Part shown: piece after piece, positions 38,843 through 47,839 of the stretch
How positions within the stretch are numbered: the first letter of the stretch is position 1
Layout: each line of letters opens with the position of its first letter
Source: an uncultured Acidobacteriota bacterium
Lineage (GTDB): Bacteria; Acidobacteriota; Vicinamibacteria; Fen-336
NCBI GenBank assembly: GCA_963831755.1
Contig: CAWHRC010000006.1
Span: 1,832 to 65,831 of the forward strand
Direction of reading: 5' to 3'
DNA length: 64,000 bases
Program-made: the position numbers and the translations under genes
Notes under the pieces: model-generated
Databases searched by the model: none
The model's input: the letters and a program-made list of their open reading frames with translations, nothing else
What the model was told of the DNA's origin: nothing

Positions 38843-39248
38843 GCGTCCCCCTTGGCCGTACGCCTCTCGGAACTGACGCGGGCAACTACGCTCCGCCGAA
38901 TTGCGGAAGTGCATGTTGTCGCCCGACAGCGCCTAGAAGAGATGTACTAGTACAAACAGTCTAGGCCCGAGGTAGCGTCAGCGCAAGCGTTTATTCATGA
39001 ATGGTTTATACGATGCGGCCCGTTCGATCGCAACGATCGTTTCGACCCGCGTACGCGGAGGCTCAGTGCCCTTCCACCCTGGAGCCGCAGCCGATCGATC
39101 GTTCGAAGAGACTCGACCGCCAGAAGCTCGCTCGAGACGAGGGTGTCCGCAGACAGCAGCTCGCGCGTCGACCGCCGGACCTCGAGCGGGGTCTTCGCCT
39201 CAGATCGTCGAGACGGAGGGACCGACCGTCGACGTCGATTGTCCTTCG

Positions 39249-39947
39249 CTATCGCCCGCCGGCCGGCCGCGCGGTCGCTCGAACGAACGGCGCCATCGGG
39301 CTCCACATGAGCCAGCGCGGCAGCGCTCGCACCAGGGTTCGCGGTCCTTCGACGACGAGCCGCCCGCAGCGAACCGCCGCCGCGTAGTCCAGCTCGCCCA
39401 GCCACACCTGGTACAAGAGCCGGACGCCCGCGCGCACGACCAGGTCCGGATCGTATCCCGGCGGCTTCAGGCACACCGACACCTCGTCCGGTTGCAGCAC
39501 GAGCCAGAGCCGCCGCCCTCTCGGTCCGCTGAGATCGAACTCCACCACGGTTCGCGCCGGCGGCAGGAGGTGTCGACGGATGCGCTGGTGGATCTTCCAC
39601 AGTAGGAGCGCAGGATCCAGCTCCTGGGCCGTCGGCTCCCCGAACGCCCAGCGCGCGCCCCACGCTCCCAGGCGTTCGAGCACGGGCTTCAGGTCCCTGC
39701 CCGCCTCGGTCAGCTCGTACTCGGTGGCATTGGCGCGCGTCCCCGTGCGACGCTCGACCACGCCGCTCTCTTCGAGGTGACGCAGGCGGGAAGCGAGCAG
39801 CGACCGCGAGATGCCGGGCAACCCGCGATGGATGGAGTTGAAATGGCGACTGCCGGCCAGCAGCTCGCGAAGGATCAGCGGGGTCCAGCGGTCGGCCACG
39901 ATCTGCGTCGCCCTGGCGACCGGACAGTACTGCCTGTAACCAGCCAT
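39249..39947 (-). CDS. HxlR-family winged-helix regulator with a C-terminal extension
   Basis: Sequence is YCPVARATQIVADRWTPLILRELLAGSRHFNSIHRGLPGISRSLLASRLRHLEESGVV. Confidence 0.85.
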   Translation of the reverse strand: MAGYRQYCPVARATQIVADRWTPLILRELLAGSRHFNSIHRGLPGISRSLLASRLRHLEESGVVERRTGTRANATEYELTEAGRDLKPVLERLGAWGARWAFGEPTAQELDPALLLWKIHQRIRRHLLPPARTVVEFDLSGPRGRRLWLVLQPDEVSVCLKPPGYDPDLVVRAGVRLLYQVWLGELDYAAAVRCGRLVVEGPRTLVRALPRWLMWSPMAPFVRATARPAGGR

Positions 39948-40091
39948 GGCGCATGCTGCCACGCGGACGACGGCCCATCCAGTCCGAAACTCGAACTACG
40001 ACGGTCCGATTTCAGAACTATCGGGCCGGGCGCGCTTCCGCCTATCGTGGTGGCACCACCGCAAAGCCGGGTGGGTCCGAGGAGGTGGCCG

Positions 40092-41792
40092 ATGGACCAG
40101 CCGAGGTCGAGCCTGCGGCGCTTGTCAGCGCCGGCCCTCGTCGCTCTCGGTCTCGCGGGCGGACCGGTCTTCGGCGGCGTCACGCCCGAAGCCGCCGGCA
40201 ACCGCAGCCCTGCAGGCGCTGTGAGCGGCCAGGCCGGGCAGCACGCCGGCCACCACCTGGGCACGGTCGACTTTCCCATCAGCTGCTCCGAGGGAGCCCG
40301 CGTGGAGTTCGATCGAGCGGTGGCCCTCCTGCATCACATGACGTATCCACAGGCGCGAGAGGCGTTCGAGCGAGTCGCCGCGACGGATCCTCGGTGCGCG
40401 ATGGCGCACTGGGGCATCGCCATGACCCTGTTTCAGCCGCTGTGGCCGACGCGTCCGCGGCCCGAAGAGCTCCAGCGGGGGTGGGAGGCGGTGCAGCAGG
40501 CCAAGGCCCTGCAGCCGCCGACAGAACGGGAACGGCTGTTCGTGGCCGCGGCGGAGGCGTTCTTCCTCGAGCCCGCGTCATCGGACTACTGGCTCCGCAT
40601 CCGCCGCTGGGAGCAGGCCATGGCGAAGGTCCATGCCTCCTTTCCCGATGACCCGGAAGCGGCAGCGTTCTACGCCCTGGCGCTCCTGGCCACCGCCCCT
40701 TCCGACACCGTCTCCCGCGCGCATTCCGACCGGGCCGCCGAGATCCTCCTGCGCGTCTACGAGCAGAACCCGGACCACCCGGGCGCCATGCACTACCTGA
40801 TCCACGCCAACGACGTGCCGGGACGCGAGCGGGAATCGCTGGAGATCACGCGCAAGTACGAGGCGGTCGCACCGGACAATCCCCACGCGCTCCACATGCC
40901 GACCCACATCTACACCCGCCTCGGAGACTGGGACGGGGTGATCCGAGGGAACCTGCGGGCGGCGGAGGCGGCCCTGAAGTATCCCGCGGGTGACCACGGC
41001 GAATTCGTGTGGGACGAGTTCCCCCACGCGATCGAGTACCTCGTCTATGCGTACCTCCAGAAGGGCGCGGACGACCAGGCCGCGGCGCAGGTGAAGCGGC
41101 TGCGCGCGACGGCCTCGCTGGAACCCAGCTTCAAGACGGCCTTTCACCTGGCGTCCACGCAGGCCCGCTATGCCCTGGAGCGGCGCGCCTGGAACGAGGC
41201 GGCGGCGCTCGTTCCCCGCGAGCCCGCGAGCCTCGACTGGGACCGTTTCACCTGGCCGGAGGCGATCTCACGATTCGCGCGCGGCCTGGGCGCCGCGCAC
41301 CTGGGAGACGTCGTCGAGGCCAGGGCGGCGGTCGCACGGCTCGGCGATCTCGAAGCGGCGACGAGCAAGGCGGGGGAGGACCTGTTCGCGCGGAACATCC
41401 GGGTGCTCCGTCTCGAGCTGAGCGCCTGGCTCGCCCACGTGGAGCGACGACGAGAGGCGAGCGTCGTGCTCATGCGAGAGGCCGCCGAGCTCGAGGCATC
41501 GACGCCGAAGCACGCCGTCACGCCCGGACCCACCCTCCCTGCTGGCGAGCTCCTGGGAGACCTGCTCATGGAGCAGCAGCAGCCGGCGGCAGCGCTCGCG
41601 GCCTACGAGCGCTCGCTGGAGCTCCACCCGAAGCGCTTCAACGGCCTGCTCGGCGCCGCCAGGGCCGCGCGTGCGCACGGCGATGCCGCCCTAGCGCGCA
41701 GCTTCTATCGGGAGCTTCTCGAAGCTGGAGACGGAGGGGCCCGACTGGCCGCCCTGCAGGAGGCACGGGACTACACGGCTCAGCCGCGGTGA
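40092..41792 (+). CDS. Secreted TPR-like/helical-repeat protein, conserved hypothetical
   Basis: A GGAGG RBS precedes the signal-like LSAPALVALGLAGG. The all-helical repeat content is long. The ORF is intact at about 566 aa from ATG 40092. Confidence 0.6.
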   Translation: MDQPRSSLRRLSAPALVALGLAGGPVFGGVTPEAAGNRSPAGAVSGQAGQHAGHHLGTVDFPISCSEGARVEFDRAVALLHHMTYPQAREAFERVAATDPRCAMAHWGIAMTLFQPLWPTRPRPEELQRGWEAVQQAKALQPPTERERLFVAAAEAFFLEPASSDYWLRIRRWEQAMAKVHASFPDDPEAAAFYALALLATAPSDTVSRAHSDRAAEILLRVYEQNPDHPGAMHYLIHANDVPGRERESLEITRKYEAVAPDNPHALHMPTHIYTRLGDWDGVIRGNLRAAEAALKYPAGDHGEFVWDEFPHAIEYLVYAYLQKGADDQAAAQVKRLRATASLEPSFKTAFHLASTQARYALERRAWNEAAALVPREPASLDWDRFTWPEAISRFARGLGAAHLGDVVEARAAVARLGDLEAATSKAGEDLFARNIRVLRLELSAWLAHVERRREASVVLMREAAELEASTPKHAVTPGPTLPAGELLGDLLMEQQQPAAALAAYERSLELHPKRFNGLLGAARAARAHGDAALARSFYRELLEAGDGGARLAALQEARDYTAQPR

Positions 41793-41846
41793 TCGAGGTG
41801 CGCCTTCCCTCCCGAGACCCCAGCGGTCGCGGCCATCGTTGGTACG

Positions 41847-42642
41847 TCACGGAGCGTCGGTGGCCGCCGACCGCGTCGCCGCGCGAGCGCCCTGGTCGGC
41901 GGCAACGCGGGCCCGAGGCGGCAGCGGCAGGAGCATCGACACCCGTTTCCGGTAGTCCGCGTAAAGGTGCCCGTGGACCCGGAGCAGGTCCCGTTCCTCG
42001 AACTGGATCGCGAGCACGATGTAGGCGGTGGTCGCCAACGCGAACAGCAGGTGCGAGAACGTCATCCGTGGCGTCGCCCAGAAGGCCAGCAGGAACCCGA
42101 GGTAGAGGGGGTGGCGGACCAGCCGGTACGGGCCCGGCGTGACGAAGCGTGGCGGCACGTGGGGCCGGCCGACGAAGTGATTCCACACCTGGCGCAGCCC
42201 GAACAGCTCCAGGTGGTCGATCAGCAGGGTGCAGGCGAGCACCAGCGTCCAGCCCAGCCCAAACAGCGTCCACAGTGTCGCCCGTCCGGCGGGATCGTCC
42301 ACCTGCCAGACGCTGCCGCCGAGCGGCCGCCACTGCCATAGCAGCAGAGCCAGCGCCAGGCTGGCGCAGAGCACGAAGGTAGAACGCTCGACCGGCTCGG
42401 GCACGACCCTGGTCCAGCGCTGCTTGAACCAGCGCCGCGCCATCACGCTGTGCTGCACCGCGAACAGGCCCAGGAGCGCCGTGTCGATGCCGACGGCCGC
42501 GAGCAAGGGCCCCGAGGCCGGGCCGTCGAGCGCGCGCGCCACGCCGATCCCGCCGACGAAGGCGATGGCGTAGAGGAACGTGGCGAGAAAGGCGAGGTAG
42601 CGAGACGAGTCCGTACGTGACGAACGCGAGGCGTCCGAGCAT
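41847..42642 (-). pseudogene. ICMT/PEMT-family membrane methyltransferase, MddA-like (methanethiol S-methyltransferase type), one frame change near 42590
   Basis: MLGRLAFVTYGLVS (from ATG 42642, GGAGGG RBS) is in one frame. The rest is in another: YLAFLATFLYAIAFVGG...FGLRQVW...FVTPGPYRLVRHPLYLGFLLAFWATPRMTFSHLLFA...EERDL. Confidence 0.65.
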
Positions 42643-42765
42643 TCTTCCCTCCGTTTCTTTCGTGTCCGGGGACCGAGTGCCCTGAAGATGGGTGCCGCGA
42701 CAGGCGCCGCGCCATGGGCGGAACGTCCCGAAACCGCTAGAATCGGCCTCAACGTGCCAGGACGA

Positions 42766-43857
42766 ATGTCCCAGCAGCGCATCCGCTACGTCCACGCGCG
42801 GGACGGCGTGCGCGTGGCGTGGGCCGAGGCCGGATCGGGCCCTGTCCTGGTCAAGGCCTCCAACTGGCTCACCCATCTCGAGTACGACTGGCGAAGCCCG
42901 ATCTGGAGGCACTGGATGGGCTTTCTCTCAGGCCACTTCCGGTTCGTCCGCTACGACGAGCGCGGCTGCGGCATGACCGATCGCGAGGTCAGAGACGTCT
43001 CGTTCGAGCGCTCGGTCGAGGACCTCGAGAGCGTCGTCGAGGCGGCGGCGCCGGCTGCGCCCTTTGCGCTGCTCGGGATCTCGCAAGGTGCTGCGGTCTG
43101 CGTGGCCTACGCCGTCCGTCATCCCGAGCGCGTCTCCCGCCTCGTCCTCTACGGGGGCTACGCGCGGGGCTGGTTCCACCGCCCGAACGCCGGCGGTCGG
43201 CGCGAGTACGAGGCCATCATCGAGCTGACGCGCAGCGGATGGGGACGCGACAACCCCGCCTTCCGCCAGGTCTTCACCTCGCGCTTCGTCCCCGAAGGCA
43301 CGCACGAACAGCTCGAGTGGTGGAACGATCTCTGCCGCAAGACCGCCACGCCGGAGATGGCGGCGGCCCTGCTCGGGGCGCGGGGCGAGATCGAGGTGTC
43401 GGGGATGCTGCGGCACGTCCGCACGCCCACGCTGGTCGCCCACGCCCGCGAGGACGCGATCGTGCCGATCGCCGAAGGCCAGCTGCTGGCGGCGGAGATA
43501 CCGGGCGCCGAGTTCGTCGAGCTGGACTCGCGCAACCACGTGCTCCTCGAGCACGAGCCGGCGTGGCAGCGCTTCTGCGAGGTGGTGGCCGCGTTCCTGG
43601 GCGTCTCGGCTGCGACCCCCGCCGAGGACCCGGCGTTCGGGGGGCTCTCGTCCCGCGAGCGCGCGATCCTCGCGCTCATGGCGAACGGCCTCGGCAACGC
43701 CCAGATCGGCGAGCAGCTCGGGATCAGCGAGAAGACGGTCCGCAACCACGTCTCCCACGTCTTCGACAAGCTCGGCGTCTGGACGCGCGCGCAGGCGATC
43801 GTCTTCGCACGCGACCGAGGCTTCAGGCCGGCGGCCGGCGCGCCCGTCCGCCAGTAG
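42766..43857 (+). CDS. Alpha/beta-hydrolase domain fused to a LuxR-type HTH
   Basis: The nucleophile elbow is LLGISQGAA. The C-terminus is LSSRERAILALMANGLGNAQIGEQLGISEKTVRNHVSHVFDKLGV. Confidence 0.8.
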   Translation: MSQQRIRYVHARDGVRVAWAEAGSGPVLVKASNWLTHLEYDWRSPIWRHWMGFLSGHFRFVRYDERGCGMTDREVRDVSFERSVEDLESVVEAAAPAAPFALLGISQGAAVCVAYAVRHPERVSRLVLYGGYARGWFHRPNAGGRREYEAIIELTRSGWGRDNPAFRQVFTSRFVPEGTHEQLEWWNDLCRKTATPEMAAALLGARGEIEVSGMLRHVRTPTLVAHAREDAIVPIAEGQLLAAEIPGAEFVELDSRNHVLLEHEPAWQRFCEVVAAFLGVSAATPAEDPAFGGLSSRERAILALMANGLGNAQIGEQLGISEKTVRNHVSHVFDKLGVWTRAQAIVFARDRGFRPAAGAPVRQ

Positions 43858-43872
43858 CTTCCCGGCCCGCCG

Positions 43873-45165
43873 TCACTCGCCCCTGCAGCGGGCGACGATC
43901 AGGGTGATGTCGTCGTGCTGTTCCCGGGGGCTGAACCTGCGCACCTCGTCCACGATCGATTCGAGCAAGGCCCGTGCCGGCAGCTCGCGACGTCGCCGCA
44001 AGGCCTCGACGAGCCGCTGCTCTCCGAACTCCTCGTCGCGCTCGTTGAACGACTCGGTCACTCCGTCGGTGTGCAGCACCAGCAGGTCGCCCGGGTAGAG
44101 CCGACGCTCCTCTATCGAGCAGTCCCAGTCTTCGAACAGGCCCAGCACCGAGCCCGTGGTGTCGAGCCGCTCCAGGGCGTCGTCGCCGCGGAAGAGCAGA
44201 CCGGACAGGTGGCCGCAGTTCGCGTAGCGCAGGCGCCGCTCGTGGTCGTCGTACTCGGCGAAGAACAGGGTGGCGTAGGCGCTGTCGGCCGTGTTCTCGT
44301 AGAAGAGCTGGTTCACCGATCGCAGGAACCGCTGCGGCTGGTCCAGTGCGATGGCGCACTGGCTGCGCAGGTTGGCCTGCAGGTTGGCCATCAGGAGAGC
44401 GGCCGCCATCCCCTTGCCCGCGATGTCGCCGATGACGAGCCCCAGGCGCTCTCGGCCCAGGTTCAGGAAGTCGTAGTAGTCGCCGCCGACCCGTCTCGCC
44501 TGCAGGCAGATGCCCTCGTACTCGAGCGTCCTGGACGCAGGCCGCCTCTGCGGGAACAGCCGCGCCTGCACCTGCGTGGCGATCTCCAGCTCGTGGGCGG
44601 CGCGGCGCTCGGCTTCCATCTTCTCGGCCAGGGCGCGCCGTTGTGCCTCGACGGCCCGGCTCTCCTCGTCGAAGCTGACGAGGGCGAAGGAGTTGCCGTC
44701 GACGTCCTCGAAGCGGGTGAACACCCCGCCCCAGATTGCGGGCTGGTCTCCGCGCTGCACAGCCGATGCAGCCGCGGGTCCGTCCCCCGGCTCGTACTTG
44801 ATCCGCCGCAGCCGCGGTGTCTGACGAAAGCGGACTCCGCGCTTCTGCCATTCGCGGAACTTGCCCAGGACGTCGTCGGTGACGAAGACGACCTGCGTCG
44901 AGCGGCCGATGAGCTTGTACTCTGGGGAGTTGGGCTTGGGCGCGATCAGCGAGAGCACCGCCGAGCCGTCGGGGGGCGCCACCGCGACCCAGCGCTGGCC
45001 CGACTGCACGCGAGCGTCGAAGGCCAGCTTGAAGCCGAGCTTGTCCAGGAAGAAGCGCAGGCTTCGGTCCTGGTCTCGAACGAACACCCTGACCGCGTGG
45101 AGCCGGAGGTGGGGTCCGGTGGGCGCGGACCAGGGCTCCGGCGAGGGGGAGGCGCGGTCGCTCAA
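43873..45165 (-). CDS. VOC (glyoxalase-like) domain fused to a PP2C/SpoIIE-type phosphatase
   Basis: The N-terminus is LHAVRVFVRDQDRSLRFFLDKLGF. The PP2C part is GGDYYDF...VIGDIAGKGMAAALLMA...LVLHTDGVTE. Confidence 0.85.
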   Translation of the reverse strand: MSDRASPSPEPWSAPTGPHLRLHAVRVFVRDQDRSLRFFLDKLGFKLAFDARVQSGQRWVAVAPPDGSAVLSLIAPKPNSPEYKLIGRSTQVVFVTDDVLGKFREWQKRGVRFRQTPRLRRIKYEPGDGPAAASAVQRGDQPAIWGGVFTRFEDVDGNSFALVSFDEESRAVEAQRRALAEKMEAERRAAHELEIATQVQARLFPQRRPASRTLEYEGICLQARRVGGDYYDFLNLGRERLGLVIGDIAGKGMAAALLMANLQANLRSQCAIALDQPQRFLRSVNQLFYENTADSAYATLFFAEYDDHERRLRYANCGHLSGLLFRGDDALERLDTTGSVLGLFEDWDCSIEERRLYPGDLLVLHTDGVTESFNERDEEFGEQRLVEALRRRRELPARALLESIVDEVRRFSPREQHDDITLIVARCRGE

Positions 45166-45513
45166 GGCTGGCTCATGTAATCACAGAACCGGGCAGCCGC
45201 TCCACGGTCGTTCGAGCTCGTTCCCGCGCGCACGAGCCCGGAAGCGGCAGCTGAGGACTCGAAGGAGCCACCGGACCTCACGCGGACCGCGCACGCCGCG
45301 CCGCGGTCCGGCTTGACAATCAACAATATAGTAGCTGGACGATTTCGCCCCAGTGCGACCTGTCCCGTCCGCCCGAGAAGGTGTGGCGCGCGCCCCCATG
45401 GGGGCAGCGCGTCGAATGCGTTTCCGGCAAGGCGCCCAGCGGCCGTGTCGGAGCCTCGAGGCGATTCGAGATCGCACCGCGGAATCGCCTCGTGGAAGGA
45501 GAGAGGAGCCCGG

Positions 45514-45933
45514 ATGAAACGTGGACGAGGCGCTCGGCTGCGCCCGATCGGTGTGATCCGGTCCACCCTCAAGACGCGCCGTGATGCGCCCAAGCTCGGC
45601 CAAGAGGGTGCGCCCGACGCCTGGCTCGAGGTCGGTCCGTCCGCAAGGGAGGGTCTCGACGGGCTGGTGGCTGGAAGCGAAGTCGTTCTCGTGACCTGGC
45701 TGCACCGGGCCCGCCGCGACGTGCTGAGGGTCCATCCGCGCTCGGACCGGCGCCGCCCGCTGACGGGCGTGTTCGCGACACGATCTCCTGACCGGCCGAA
45801 TCCCCTGGGCCTCCACCGGGTCACCGTGCGGAGGATCGGCAAGGGCCGCCTGCGGATCGGCCCCATCGAGGCGATCGACGGTACGCCGGTCATCGACATC
45901 AAACCGGTGCTCAGCGGGTCGAAGGACTACTAG
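45514..45933 (+). CDS. trmO: tRNA (t6A37) methyltransferase TrmO/YaeB family
   Basis: Sequence is RPIGVIRSTL...GVFATRSPDRPNPLGLHRVTV...IEAIDGTPVIDIKPV. The RBS is GGAAGGAGAGAGGAG. Confidence 0.75.
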   Translation: MKRGRGARLRPIGVIRSTLKTRRDAPKLGQEGAPDAWLEVGPSAREGLDGLVAGSEVVLVTWLHRARRDVLRVHPRSDRRRPLTGVFATRSPDRPNPLGLHRVTVRRIGKGRLRIGPIEAIDGTPVIDIKPVLSGSKDY

Positions 45934-46046
45934 AGGGCCGCGACAAGCGCCGCCGGTTGCCCCGTCGGATGTCGAAATGGTCGAACGCCGTTCGTATAGG
46001 AGATGGAGAAGGCTGTGATGGCGCCGGCGGCGACCTGGAGGAACCG

Positions 46047-46400
46047 ATGAAACGATACCTGCTGAGCGTGATTCAACCCGACGGGGGACCCGCCCCGCCC
46101 GAGGTCCTGGAGCAGGTGATGCGCGACGTCCACGCGCTGCGCCAGGAGATGAAGGCGGCCGGAGCGTGGGTCTTCGCCGGGGGCCTGCACGCCCCGAGCA
46201 CGGCCACGGTGGTGAAGTTCCAGGAAGGCGACTTCCTGATGACCGACGGTCCGTTCGCCGAGGGCAAGGAGCACGTCGGCGGTCTCGTGATCGTCGAGGC
46301 GCCCGACCTCGACGCGGCGCTCGAATGGGGGCGCAAGGCCGCGCGGGCCACGACGCTCCCGATCGAGGTGCGGCCGTTCCAGGACGAGCCCGAGGGCTGA
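46047..46400 (+). CDS. YciI-family (DGPF-domain) protein
   Basis: Sequence is [14 protein letters not shown]...[31 protein letters not shown]. Confidence 0.8.
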   Translation: MKRYLLSVIQPDGGPAPPEVLEQVMRDVHALRQEMKAAGAWVFAGGLHAPSTATVVKFQEGDFLMTDGPFAEGKEHVGGLVIVEAPDLDAALEWGRKAARATTLPIEVRPFQDEPEG

Positions 46401-46407
46401 TACCGGC

Positions 46408-47631
46408 GTGCCGGGCGTGGCCTCCTCGGAGATCGAGCGCCTGTTCCGCCGGGAGTACGGTCGCGCGGTGGCCGTGCTGATCCGCCGCTTCGGGGACATC
46501 GACACGGCCGAGGAGGCGGTGCAGGAGGCGTTCGCCGCGGCCGTCGAGCGGTGGCCGTCCAGCGGAGTGCCCCCGAGCCCGGCCGGATGGATCATCACCA
46601 CGGCACGCAACCGGGCGATCGACCGCCTCCGCCGGGAAGCGTCCCGTGAGAGCAGGCAGGCCCAGGCCGCTCTGCTTCGCGATCAGGGCGAGCCGAGCGA
46701 GGAAGGCGCCGTGCGTGACGACCGACTGCGTCTCGTCTTCACCTGCTGCCACCCCGCGCTGGCGACCGCCGCGCAGGTCGCGCTGACGCTCCGGCTCCTG
46801 GGAGGGCTCACCACTGCCGAGATCGCGCGCGCCTTCCTGACCTCGGAGTCCACCATGGCCCAGCGGCTGGTCCGGGCGAAGGGCAAGATCCGCGACGCCC
46901 GGATCCCGTACCGTGTCCCCGACGAAGCGGAGCTCCCGCGCCGCCTGCGCGCCGTGCTGGCCGTCGTGTACCTGATCTTCAACGAGGGCTACACGGCCAC
47001 CTCGGGCGAGCTGTTCCGCCGCGAGGACCTCTGCGTGGAGGCGATCCGCCTCGGCCGCCTGCTGGCCGAGATCATGCCCGACGAGCCGGAGGTCATGGGG
47101 CTGCTCGCGCTCATGCTGCTCGTCGAGTCGCGGCGGGCCACGCGCACGACGCCGGCCGGCGACCTGGTGCTGCTGGCGGACCAGGACCGAGGCGCGTGGG
47201 ATCGCGTCCTGATCGCCGAAGGCCAGGCCATCGTCCGGCAGTGCCTGCGACGCAACCGGCCCGGTCCTTACCAGATTCAAGCGGCGATCCAGGCGGTGCA
47301 CGGCGACGCGCCCACGGCGGCGGCCACCGACTGGCGGCAGGTCCTGCAGCTCTACGATCTGCTCCGGGCCATCGCCCCCAGCCCCGTGGTCGCCCTCAAC
47401 CGTGCGGTTGCGGTGGCCGAGGTCGAGGGACCGGAGGCGGCGCTCGCCCTCGTCGACGGCCTGGACCTCGGGGGCTACCACCTGCACCAGGCCGTCCGTG
47501 CCGACCTGCTCCGGCGCCTGGGCCGAAGGAGCGAGGCGGCGCTGGCGTACGAGGCGGCGATCGGCCGCTGCGAGAACGCCACCGAACGCGAGTTCCTGCG
47601 GCGGAGGCTCGGGGCGCTGGTCCTGGATTGA
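46408..47631 (+). CDS. RNA polymerase sigma-70/ECF-type factor with a long C-terminal extension (the type that pairs with YciI)
   Basis: Region 2 is [16 protein letters not shown]. Region 4 is [30 protein letters not shown]. About 220 aa of C-terminal helical extension follow. Confidence 0.8.
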   Translation: MPGVASSEIERLFRREYGRAVAVLIRRFGDIDTAEEAVQEAFAAAVERWPSSGVPPSPAGWIITTARNRAIDRLRREASRESRQAQAALLRDQGEPSEEGAVRDDRLRLVFTCCHPALATAAQVALTLRLLGGLTTAEIARAFLTSESTMAQRLVRAKGKIRDARIPYRVPDEAELPRRLRAVLAVVYLIFNEGYTATSGELFRREDLCVEAIRLGRLLAEIMPDEPEVMGLLALMLLVESRRATRTTPAGDLVLLADQDRGAWDRVLIAEGQAIVRQCLRRNRPGPYQIQAAIQAVHGDAPTAAATDWRQVLQLYDLLRAIAPSPVVALNRAVAVAEVEGPEAALALVDGLDLGGYHLHQAVRADLLRRLGRRSEAALAYEAAIGRCENATEREFLRRRLGALVLD

Positions 47632-47839
47632 GTTGCCTTTCGCAGGCCGGGCGAGTTATGGTGTGGGCAGTCGCGCGCTTTCTTTGAGCCGCTGTCACCG
47701 CTCGGTCGGCTCTACCCCCTGGACAGCTCCTCTCAAAGCAGAATCGTCAGCTGGGAAGGGAGGGGTCCATGGCCGTGGTGTTCGCCAGCCGCGGGTTCGC
47801 GGCGATGCAGGTGCGCCAGGCGCAAGGGGCGGCCGCCTG

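Noticed and set aside
38915-39250. Repeated CGATCG hexamers and several overlapping ORFs between the lipoprotein and HxlR genes (for example 39001..39387 plus strand and 38995..39978 minus strand).
   Set aside because: CGATCG is self-complementary and common in GC-rich DNA. The repeats form no convincing extended palindrome. The ORF products are low-complexity with no motifs.
45181-47487. 768-aa minus-strand ORF.
   Set aside because: It is antisense to trmO, the YciI gene and the sigma-factor gene, all of which have clear family motifs and RBSs on the plus strand.
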